This document shows positions 12,243 to 23,427 of a stretch of 64,000 nucleotides of DNA, in pieces. Made by a program: the position numbers and the translations under genes. A model generated the notes under the pieces. The model had not been told where the DNA came from and made no database searches. It saw only the letters and a list, made by a program, of their open reading frames with translations. The stretch is from the human T2T-CHM13v2.0 reference genome, Homo sapiens. The DNA is taken from assembly GCF_009914755.1 (NCBI RefSeq), contig NC_060933.1; one strand, given 5' to 3'. Each line of letters opens with the position of its first letter. Position 1 is the stretch's first letter.

Positions 12243-12326
12243 CTGTGGTGACTGATGGCAAAACGGGTTGGTAGGTTTCTGTCCACCAACAGCTATACAG
12301 TGATGAAGAGCTATACAGTGATGTGG
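12243..12326 (-). CDS. MPDZ: Candidate cassette exon X1, 84 nt: PHHCIALHHCIAVGGQKPTNPFCHQSPQ
   Basis: gtactctag| and CAG|gtaaaa; phase 0-0, stop-free, TNPF motif. Confidence 0.5.
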
Positions 12327-12864
12327 CTAGAGTACAGCAATGATGAAATCACTTGTAAACAAACCAAATCTGCCCTGAGCAAATTTAACGTTCAGTGGGA
12401 TACACAAATACATGAACGATCATTCACAGATGATTATGGGATTGCATAAGTAGGAGATTCTGTCTAGAGAATAAATTTCAAGAAAATGTCATTTCTTTGG
12501 TTTCTAAGGGGCTCCACTAGAGATCACAGATGATTAACCTGAATTATGATGCCACATTCCTTTTAATAACTTGTGTATTTTGTGATTAAAATGAATACTA
12601 ATAATTAACCATCTAGATACCTAGAGATACTGATAAATCTACTTCTGTGTATATTCAACAGACCTCAAAAGTCTTTATTAAACATGGTGGAAGGGATTTC
12701 CAGGATAACTCAATTTCTGAGAAAGCAAAACAAACTTCTAACAAGTCTCCTGAGATTTGAAAAATCACTATCTTTACTCATACAGACAACTTGGCCCTTG
12801 ATACATTAGATTCCAAGTTGAACACTGTTTGGATATGCCTACCTTGCCCTTTGTGTTCGCTTAC

Positions 12865-12975
12865 CCTTGGTCTGTTTATAATGCTCTGTACCATAAAGAC
12901 TACAGGGTTGCCTGCTTTCCGAATGGCTTCCACAGCTTGTTCATGGCTTGCATCTCTGAGGTCCATTCCATCCAC
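12865..12975 (-). CDS. MPDZ: MPDZ exon, 111 nt, PDZ7 C-part: [37 protein letters not shown]
   Basis: ttgcag| and AGG|gtaagc; phase 0-0. Confidence 0.97.
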
Positions 12976-15728
12976 CTGCAATGGAAGGCCTCAGCTTAAC
13001 ATTTCAAGAATCTATAGAACAACAAAAAAATGTGTGGATATGGAGTTTTAGGGATACTTGGTTAGACTCCTAGAAAATCTGTTTTAATATCAAAAATAAT
13101 TGAGACTACATGTGAAGCTGCAGAACTTTCTGTCTGTCCAGCAGACTTGTGGTCCCTTGCTTTGGACACATATCTCTGTCTCCAATAATCAGTTCAAGAC
13201 ATAATCAATTGAAATGAAGGCTCTGCTTCTGCACTCCTTACATTGCTCAGCTGCTCCTTTAAATTAAAAAAATCAGTATCATTAACAAAATTATATGAGG
13301 GAACTATCTAGCAGCACTGTCTTCATCATGAAAGTCACTGTACTAATTTTCTTCTAATTGACTATAGGGTGGTTTGGGAAGTAAGGGGTGATGCCTTGTA
13401 TAATTTTCTCTGTACAGGGAAGCTTGAAGTTCAAAACAAAATTCTGATATCCAGAAAAATCAGATAATGGTAAGGTTAGTTTTGCAAAAGAATCCTTGCA
13501 GTAGATATGACAGGAGCTGGAAGCTAAGAAATTGTGTTTATTTGTTAGTAATTCTTATATAGTTTGACAATGAAAGTTATTTTGTAAATTTTATTGATCA
13601 TGGTTTGCCTGAGTATTGATCAACTCAGCTTACACACTTTATGAATAAGAAGGAAAATAGTTTAAAAGGCCAAATGCTAATTCTGTCAGAAAACTATAGG
13701 ATGTTAGTATCATTTTATCATTTCCAATTACCATGTTATGATATATACAACAAAAGAGTAAACCCAGAGTGGACACAACTCTAGAAAAGAACATTATTAG
13801 ATCTTTGCATAGAACATTATTATCTTTAAAAGAATTATATAGATTTAGATAAAAACCTCCCTCAGGTTGATACTTAGATGACAATATTTTTTTCAGTGCA
13901 TATTAAAATAGCTTCTAACTTTTTTGTAGAACAAAAGTCAGTATTCACATCTACCATATGTCTACTATATATTCCATTCGTGGAAAAATTTAAAAGGATG
14001 TTAATTATCTTTGCTCAAGACCAAAGTATTCCAAATTTGCAGATCTGCACTCACCTAGTCTATATACATTTTGAGAAACTCTTAGCAGAGACACGCTTTA
14101 GAATCCTCAGGATTACAGAGGACTGAGGCTTCCTACATACTAGAAAAGCCCTTGCAATATGGCACAAATCATTGCTAAATTGCATACAGTATTTTAAAAC
14201 GCACAAAAAAGTTCTTTCTTTTCCATTTCAAAGGTGAACTTTAACTTTTTAAATATATTTAAACAACATTTGAGAGCAAATTATGACCATTCTTGTCTAC
14301 AAAAAAAAAAAAATCTCTTTTGCTATTTAGGTCAAAGGTATTTAATAGTGAGGTATGCATAAAATAAACTTCTTAGTGACAATCCAAAATTTGAAATTTT
14401 AGGTAGTGTCCTAAATAAAAGAGTTCGTTAAAAGGGGTCTAAGGTATCATCTAATGAAAGAATGCAGGAGAGAGAAAAAGCCTATCACTCTTCCTTATAA
14501 ACGGTCATCAAAAAAAAAAGGACATGGTCCCTGTTTTCGCTCAGGTCCCAATCTTCTTCCGTCTAAGGCTCTCAAAGACAGCCAGTCAATGAAGGAATCA
14601 ATCAGTCATCAAAACGTGCATTTAAAGTCATGGTTGATATGTTATAATCTTCTTCTAAACAAAGTCTTCCAGTGTGTAAGTTATATGGGTTTAGAAAATG
14701 AGAGTCACTTGTATAAAGTAAATATAATGGTCATTACAGTGGTAATAAAATTGTCTTTATTTGCAAGTTGTCTCTTTTAGTCTACTCTGTAAATCCTGAA
14801 AACTCAGAAAATCTAGGTCAGGTACTCCTTTCTCTATCCTTCTAAATAAAATTATGCTTATCCCAATGAAATAATTTATCACACTGTTCTGAAGTGACTT
14901 GATTACTTGTCAAGTCTGTCCCACTTGGCAGGCAGGCACAGTGCCTTGTTTACTGTGGGATGCCCAGAGCCTGTTATAGCACCTGGAATGCAACAGCTGT
15001 TCCAGGAATATTTGTTGAGTAAATGAGTGAGTGACTTATGAGAGGAGAGTCTATTTAAAATATTGAACTTTGCTTTGAATTAAGAGATTACACACAACTT
15101 GACATGCTTCTAACACATAACAAAATGCACATACATGTGCACACACATGCACACAGGCACACATACAGAGCCTTCATTGATGAATGAACACAGCACTGAA
15201 AAGGAGCGAGATCCTGGCTTCGACTGAGAAGGATTTACATGAAAGGTAACTGAGGTGTCAGCATTAAATATTTTACTAAAAAAGACTCACTTGGAAAAAA
15301 AAAACTCATCCAACAAAGTTTATCTGCAATGAAATGATAATAAAGTACTTATTGAAATAAAATCTCATTAACTTAATTATATCTACATTTTTGTGTGTAC
15401 ATATACATATATTGTATGTCTAATGTAATCTTAATTCAAAATTTTTCCCTGAGAATTGTGCTTTGTTCTTTCAAACAGAACATAATTATTTTACCTTGGA
15501 GCCATTTTTTTTTAAATGGTTGGCTTTATCTCCAAACATCAGTCTCTATATCAAAACATATAATCTGTCATTATATACATAAGAGAAAATTACGTATGAA
15601 AATAAACAAATAAGAAAGAAATAATTTATCCACACACACATTTTACTCGAATGCTGGGTTGAGTAACTAGTATGAAGATGACAATTCCCTCGGTACAAAG
15701 GGTGGAGCAGGTGAAAAATTTTAGCACA

Positions 15729-15794
15729 TGTACCCTAAAACTTAAAGTATAATAATAGTAAAATTAAAAAATAAATAAATAAAACAAAACAAAC
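15729..15794 (+). mobile_element. Ultra-truncated L1PA 3' end plus A-rich tail, with 13-bp TSD
   Basis: tgtaccctaaaacttaaagtataataat; TSD aaattttagcaca at 15716-15728 and 15795-15807. Confidence 0.85.
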
Positions 15795-15827
15795 AAATTT
15801 TAGCACAGAAAGCTCACTAGAGGGTAC

Positions 15828-16005
15828 CTCTACGATTCTATCTCCAGGTTTCAAGGTTCCATTTTTGCCAGCTGGACTATCTTCCAGAACATGTTTGATG
15901 AAAATGCCCCTCATCACTTCTCCATTGCTTAGCCGACTCCCCATCCCTCGTCCACCAACAATGCTGATGCCTAAGGATTTGCTTGGTTCTCTCCAGAGTT
16001 CCACC
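15828..16005 (-). CDS. MPDZ: MPDZ exon, 178 nt, PDZ7 N-part: (R)[25 protein letters not shown]...PGDRIVE
   Basis: ttttag| and GAG|gtaccc; ORF 15735..16004. Confidence 0.96.
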
Positions 16006-16027
16006 CTAAAAAATAAATAAAATTTTC

Positions 16028-17125
16028 AACTCTTAGGAAAAATCATAAGGGTAAAGCTTCATGATGCTGAATTTGGCAATGATTTCTTATATATAACACC
16101 AAAGGCACAGAGAACAAAAGAAAAAATAGATAAAATGTACTTTATCAAAATTAAAAACTTCTGTTCATCAAATGATACTCTCAATAGAGTAAAAAGGCAA
16201 CCAACGGAAAGGAAAAAAGTATCTGCTAATAACATATCTGATAAGAGATTCATAAGCTGAATACAAAGGGAACTTCTAAAACTCAACAACAACAAAAAAA
16301 CAAGTGGTATAAAACATGGGCAAGTGTCTTGAAGATACATAAATGACCAATAAGCACATGAAAAGATGTTTAACATCACTAAATATTATGGAAATACAAA
16401 TCAAAAGCACAGTAAGATACCATCTCACATCCAACAGGATGGCTACTACCTACTAAAAACACACACACACACACACACAAATTAACAAGAATGCAGAGCG
16501 TGTGAAACCCTTGTGTACTGTTGGTAGAAATGTAAAATCGTGTAGCTGCTATGGAAAAGAGTATATAGGTTCCTCAAAAAATTAAAAATAGAATTATCAT
16601 ATGATTCAGCAATTCCACTTGTGGGTATTATACCCAAAATAATTCAAAGCAGGATCTCAAAGAAATATTTATACACCCATGTTCACAATAGTCAAGAGGT
16701 AGAAGCAAACCAATTATCTATCAAGAAATGAGTAGATAAAATACTATATACATTCAATATTATTCATCCTTTAAAAATGAAATTCTGAAACATACCATAA
16801 TATGAATAAACCTTGAAGACATTATGCTAAGTGAAGTTAAGTCATCTAAGTAAAATAAAGGACAAATGTCATTTAATTTCACTCATATAAAGTACCTAGA
16901 GGTACCAAATTCATAGAGACAGAAAGTAGAATGGTGGTTGCCTGGGATGGGAAGAGACAAGAAAGGGGAGTTATTGCTTAATGGGTATGGAATTACAGTT
17001 TTGCAAGATGAAAAAAGTTCTGTAGCTAGACGGTGGTGGTGACTGTAGAGCAATGTGAATGTACTTATGCCACTGAACTGTACACTTACAAATGGTTAGG
17101 ATGGCTTAAAATAATAATAAAAATA
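16028..17125 (+). mobile_element. L1M (L1MB-like) 3' portion
   Basis: end of ORF2 and 3'UTR motifs (gcaattccact, gacattatgctaagtgaa, gccactgaactgtacactta). Confidence 0.9.
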
Positions 17126-17608
17126 TTTTAACACAATGGAATAAAATGTCATATATGTTAATTTTTACAAATATTACTTTGCTCAATTTATTAAGGTTTT
17201 ACTAGTAGTAAAACAAAGATAGTTTAAAATACCTTCTCAATTATGTGTCTTATAGAATCTGATATTAATGTATTTCTGAAAATGATTTGTTATAAGTAAA
17301 ACTGGACTCATACTCCAGGCTGTGGCACATACCAGTGTAAAAGGATGATTTTACAGGATCTTAGTATTACATATATTAAGTAATCAAAAAAATCAGCTAC
17401 TGCTAAACAGATAGCAGCTTCTAAGCTTAGCAACCAAATCAAGGGAAAGAACACTCCTGCACACACTATGTCACAAACCCACCTCTGTAGAAGGAGAAGT
17501 CATTCTTGCCAAGGCAGACCTGGTCACTAACAGTCAAGACATGAAGAGCAGTGACTGTCAAAATCCTACAGGATATGATTCTCTCACTACCTCCCTAACC
17601 TCCCCTGC

Positions 17609-17968
17609 TGATATGGTTTGGCTGTGTCCTCACCCAAATCTCAATTTAAACTGTAGCTCCCACAATTCCCACGTATTGTTGGTGGGACCCGGTGGGAGGT
17701 AATTGAATCATGGGGGCAGGTCTTTCCTGTGCTTTTCTCATGATAGTGAATAAGTCTCATGAGATCTGATAGTTTTATAAAGGGGAGTTTCCCAGTACAA
17801 GCTCTCTTCTCTTGTCTGCCACCATGTGAGATGTGTCTTTCACCTTCCACCATGATTGTGAGGCCTCCCAAGTCACGTGGAACTGTGAGTCCATTAAACC
17901 TCTTTCTTTTGTAAATTCCCCAGTCTCGGGGTACGTCTATATCAGCAGCATGAAAACGGACTAATATA
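17609..17968 (+). mobile_element. THE1 solo LTR
   Basis: tgatatggtttggctgtgtc...ggactaatata; 5-bp TSD cctgc. Confidence 0.95.
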
Positions 17969-18750
17969 CCTGCCATGGGCTCTGTACTTTCCTCTCTCCA
18001 CTCTAGCTACCACATCATCTCCTTACTATTCCTTAAGTTCATCTGGTATGCTCCCGCCTTGGGGCCTCGGTGCTTGCTAATTCCTCTGTCTTGAATACAT
18101 TTCCTATACCCACAAAATAAAGACATGAATTCATATGTAATAACTGCAAATAGCTGTAAGCGCTATGAGTATATTTAAAGCACATACATCTTGTGAAAAA
18201 GCAGGATGTAAGAAAGAGTAAGGTGATTTGCAGTGAGGTCTTTGGCCTAGATGAGTCAGAGTTCAGGGTGTTGGAGGAAAATCGACGAAACAGAACTTTA
18301 AGGAGATGATGAGACCCTGCAATCTGCTCCATGCTGCACAAAGGAAGACAATGTTGGACATTAAGTAGGATAAGACAGCATTGTCAAACATGTCTTCAAC
18401 ACTGACATTTAAGGAGTTCCTAGAGAAGAGGAAAGGTTGAAGTAAGGAATCCTGCAAAATGATTGAGGTAAGAAGAGGCTGGGAATGAAAGAGCACCACA
18501 AAGAGGAAAGGATGGGAACCAGCTGAAATGAAAGCAGACACTGAGGCACATCTTCCTTTGGCCAGTAACTCTTTTTCTTGACTGCAAATCTATAACTCTA
18601 GAAACTCTACCTGTTTAGTTTAAAACGACCTTACCATGATCCTTGATCTTATAAAATTTTTGTGAATAAAATAGTTAAAATCCCATTCATTGTTTTCTCT
18701 TACTCCAGAAATTCTGTGACAGAAAAGAACCAACATCCACCATCCTTCCC

Positions 18751-18954
18751 TATTTTTGTTTGTTTTTGTTTTTGTTTTGAGACAGGGTCTCATTCTGCAG
18801 CCCAGTCTGGAGTGCAGTGGCATGATCATAGTCCACTGCAGCCTTGACTTTCAACCTCAATGTCCTGGGCTCAGGAACTCCTAAGCTCAAGTAATCTTCC
18901 CATCTCAGCCTCCCTAAGTGCTGAGATTATAGGCATGAGCCACCACAACTGTCC
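18751..18954 (-). mobile_element. AluJ-derived, internally deleted Alu
   Basis: (tttttg)n tail and Alu fragments; TSD-like cttccctatttt / cttccctgtttt. Confidence 0.85.
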
Positions 18955-19239
18955 CTTCCCTGTTTTCTTAAAGCAGTTCCTAAGGCAAAGTGGCAAATGA
19001 GTTAGTAAGTTTAGCCATTGTACATATAGTACATTTTACATATAGTAAGTTCAGCCACAAGTGTAAATATTTAACAACCCAGAATACATAGGTAGGACTC
19101 CTTAACTCTTTTCTTAAGAATAAAAAATAAAATAAAATAAAAAAGAAAGAAGGAAAGAAAATGTCTCCAAGGGCTCTTTATGTTTGGTGCAAATTAGAAA
19201 GTGATTCTTATGACTTCTTGAGTAATACAGAAAACATAA

Positions 19240-19410
19240 GTAACAGCAAATGTTTATTAAGGGTTGTACCATGTCCTCAGTATTATTCTCTGAGTAAGTT
19301 ACATATACTTTCATTTAATTTTCACATCATACCTATAAGGTAGACATTCTTACTGGCCCCATTTTACAAAGAAGAGAAGAGACACAGAGAGGTTAAGTAA
19401 CCTTTGGATA
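19240..19410 (-). mobile_element. MIR
   Basis: ccccattttacaaa...cacagagaggttaagtaac core. Confidence 0.75.
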
Positions 19411-19724
19411 ATAGCACCTTTGCTCTCATAGGGTTTGGCACAGATAGCAAAATACCCTCCCTGGAAGTAAAGGTTGTAAATCCTTAAAACAATGAAGAAG
19501 GTAATCAAAGACAGAACTGCCAAAATGACACAGTAATGAGAAACCAGACTCATTTATTCACTGAACAGACAATAGAAACACAGTGAAAGAAAAAGGAGGC
19601 CTAGAAAAGAAACTACAGAATATGTTCATTTCAGAGATCGTTATGTAGGGAAAAAAAAGGCAGCCTATTTGAGTTTTATACATAGGTTTAAAAAGAATGA
19701 AATTCAGGAAGACACAGGTAAAAC

Positions 19725-19975
19725 ACAGCTCTGAGGCCAGACTGCCTGAGCTGTGAACTGAGTCTCTGGGTTCCAGTCCTGCTCTTTTGCTACTTAATGA
19801 TTATGTGACACAGGGCATTTATTTAGTCTCTGTCTTACTTTCCTCAGCTGTGAAATACAGCCAACAAGAGTCTCTACACAGAGTTTCTGTGAGGATTAAT
19901 TAATACATGTAGGGTCCAAAACAAAAGCTTTGGCACATAATAAGCAATTGATAAATCTTTTATTACTAGTTATGA
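19725..19975 (+). mobile_element. MIR
   Basis: ggttccagtcctgctct...tttcctcagctgtgaaa...tgtgaggattaa. Confidence 0.7.
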
Positions 19976-20253
19976 TGGTGGTGGTTGTGGTGGTGATGAA
20001 GGTGATGATTACTGCAGTAATGAAAGCAAGATATGAAACTGAAACTCAATCCATACAACAAATGAGCAAATGTTCACCCTATCTGATCAATCCTGTTATA
20101 CCTACCACACCTTGTTTATTGAGAAAGAGTACCATTTTCCACCCATTAGATTGACAAAAAACTTTTTAAAAAATGATCATATGATGTGGTAACAAGAATG
20201 TGGGGAAAAGGGAACATTCATATATTGGAAATAGAAATAAAAATTGGTATAGC

Positions 20254-20550
20254 AGCCAGGTGTGGTAGCTCATGCCTGTAATCCCAGCACTTTGGGAAGC
20301 CAAGGCAGGTGGATCATGAGGTCAAGAAATCGAGACCATCCTGGCCAACACGGTGAAACCCCATCTTTACTAAAAATACAAAAATTAGCTGGGCATGGTG
20401 GTGCGCACCTGTAGTCCCACCTACTTAGGAGGCTGAGGCAGGAGAATTCGCTCTAACCTGGGAGGCAGAGGTTGCAGTGAGCCAGGATCGTGCCACTGCA
20501 TTCCAGCCTGGCAACAGAGTGAGACTCTGTCTCAGAAAAATAATAATAAT
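20254..20550 (+). mobile_element. AluS inserted in an old L1M remnant (about 20050-20940)
   Basis: full dimer; TSD aattggtatagca on both sides. Confidence 0.95.
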
Positions 20551-21634
20551 AATTGGTATAGCAACCTTAAAAAGCAATTTGACAACTGAAAGTAAAAAAT
20601 GCATATAAACTTACAGGCCAGCAATTCCAATTCCACTTCTGGATATATTCCCTAGATAAATTTTCATGTGTAAGTATAAAGAAATAAATATATTTACTGA
20701 ACAGAATTATTATAATAGCAAATAACTATTAACTATCTAATATGAATCTGACAATGAATAAACTATGGTATATTCACATATTGAAATGCAACACAACAAC
20801 TAAATTGAATGAATTAGATCTTTAAGTATCAAGCTTGATAGATTTACAAAACGTCAAGAATTGAGAGAAAAATTAAGCAAAATGGAAAATAATACATGTA
20901 GTAGTATATCAATTGTGTAAAATGAAAATCACATGCAAAATAAAATACAGCCCATTTTATAATCTTAAAATTTATATTTTGCTAAAAATTCTCTATTTTC
21001 ATACAAAGTACATTTTTGTTGATTTCATGAATGACTGTCCCATCATGTTTTCAATGCTATGAACCATGTTCACAACACTAACTCCTAATTTATTAAAAGC
21101 TCTGGTTACTCCATTAAGCTTTCTTCTCATGTTCTATGAACTTCCCCTAGAAGTAGCTTAGTGAATCTAGGAGAACCACTACACTAGTGAGTACAGAGTA
21201 CCTTCTTAGAAGGATTTATGGAATCTTTGGAGGTATTCTTCACGTAAGGTTGTTAGCACCTTTAGAGCTATCTTAGGATTGCATGAAGGTTAAAAGCATA
21301 AAAATTTTCCAGTCCAGAAGTTATGTTCTTCTTTCTCATAAGAAAATTTCATGATTTCTGTGTCAAAGGCTTTCTCTTTGCTTAGGTACCAGTGACAAAT
21401 ATTTTATCAATATAGACAAAGCCAACCACTGACTCACTATGTGCCAGGCACTCTGCTAAGGATTTTAGATGACACTGAATTTTCCCCCAAATTCAAAAGA
21501 TTCTATTATTAACCTCATTTTACAGATAAAGTAGCAGAGACCTAGCAGAGATTAAGAAACTTGTCTTAGAAAGTATCAGAGCCAAAATCCTAACATGGCT
21601 CTTACTGACACCAACCATTTTGCATACTGCCTTC

Positions 21635-21996
21635 TGTATTAATCCTTTTTCATGCTGCTGATAAAGAAATACCTGAGACTGGGCAATTTACAAAAGAAGG
21701 AGGTTTATTGTACTTACAGTTCCACATGGCTGGGGAAGCCTCACAATCATGACAGAGGCAAGGAGGAGCAAGTCACATCTTATGTGGATGGCAGCAGGCA
21801 AATAAAAGAGCTTGTGCAGGGCAACTCCCGTTTTTAAAACCATCAGGTCTCCTGAGGCCCATTTACTATCAGGAGAACAGCATGGGAAAGACCTGCCCCC
21901 ATATTCAATCTCCCACAGGGCCCCTTCCACAACATGTGGGAATTATGGGAGCTACAAGATGAGATTTGGGTGGGGACACAGAGCCAAACTATATCA
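21635..21996 (-). mobile_element. THE1 solo LTR (sense to MPDZ)
   Basis: reverse complement of a THE1 LTR; 5-bp TSD ccttc at 21630-21634 and 21997-22001. Confidence 0.95.
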
Positions 21997-23334
21997 CCTT
22001 CTAAAATCTACTTTTCCTCTCATAATATTGTTACTAAAACTGACCAACCTATCTTTTTTTCCTGTGATTACTGTCCTCCTAAAAAATTCAAGTTTATCAC
22101 TATGACTACCTGCTACAAAACAGTTTCATTTAACTTATTTCTACCTCTATCCACAAATAAATAAGACACTTAACACCTCAGAATATATTTTCTGCCACAG
22201 ATCTAGCACTTATACCCTGTTCTCAATGTAGGCAGCACTATAGAGAGCTTGGGATTTTTTAAGTGAGTTAAGTGACTTTTGATGAAATTCAAATAAGAAA
22301 TTCATGTTAGATGGCTGGAAATACATGCTGCTTCTTTGAAAGCAACATAAAATAGTGTTTTTTATATTTTAAAAATATTTAAATGTGATGGCTGCAGGTT
22401 ATCACTGGTGGGCAGGGGACGTCATTAAATTGCACTGGCATTTACGAATATTACAAATTCTTCTCTTGAGCATTTTATTTATTCACTATGTAACAAATAT
22501 TAATGTTTACTGAACACAAAGCATCACATTGTGATGGTGACCTTTAGGTCTGTTTGGGGTGGATGTCCACTGATTACCTATGTTTTACTCTTAAGGTGAA
22601 ATACCTTGTGTTCTTAAATTGTTTCATGTGTCTCTACATCTTGCCCAGCCAAGTACATTAGAGGTTCCTTGAGGCAGGATTTGCATCTTCTATTTATTTC
22701 CTTGTTATTCACAAAATCATTGGCTTTAAGTCTAGGTCCATAATCAGGACTCAGTAAATTCCTATTAAACTAAAGTTGATTTTACTCAGCATAAACACAT
22801 CAGTATGTTTTAGTGATGCACGTGATACATCTAAGTATATTTGAGGATGTCATCTTATCTATTATACATGAAACTGGTGCTAGACAGATTATGACTTAGG
22901 ATAAACTCAGCCTGTGGTAACAAGGCTATGAGGGTACTTTTACACACAAACACACACACACACACACACGTTCTGAATATATATGTTTGCCTATCTAGTT
23001 TCTACAAATGCTAGGTAAAATTTAAATGAATACTTTTTGGTATACCTAAGATAAAACTCTACAGAACGTATTATCCATTCCAACTACCTATGAATAATTT
23101 TCTTTAATTTAGTCCCTACTATGTGCCAGATATCTCCATATATGTTAGTTTTAACCCTGTGTGATACACATTATTCTCTCCACTGTATACATTAAAAAAT
23201 GATGGGTTAGAAGTATTAAACAACTCACCCGATATAACAAGAAGCAAGTTGTAATCCAGTACTTGAAACCACACCTGCTTATCTTTAAACACTATATATC
23301 CATTGGGTGGACAGAAGACAGAAATAGTCCTTAC

Positions 23335-23427
23335 CGCCTGGGCTGATTCCAATTGCTATATGCTGTGTTTTGAAGTTCGCTTTCTTCACCCTCTCCCTCT
23401 TCTCGCTCTGGTAATTCTGGAATGTCT
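23335..23427 (-). CDS. MPDZ: MPDZ exon, 93 nt: (R)DIPELPEREEGEGEESELQNTAYSNWNQPR(R)
   Basis: aaccag| and CG|gtaagg; phase 2-2. Confidence 0.96.

Noticed and set aside
14454-14780. 108-aa plus-strand ORF (and similar intronic ORFs such as 46803..47114)
   Set aside because: No recognisable homology or gene structure; expected by chance in 64 kb.
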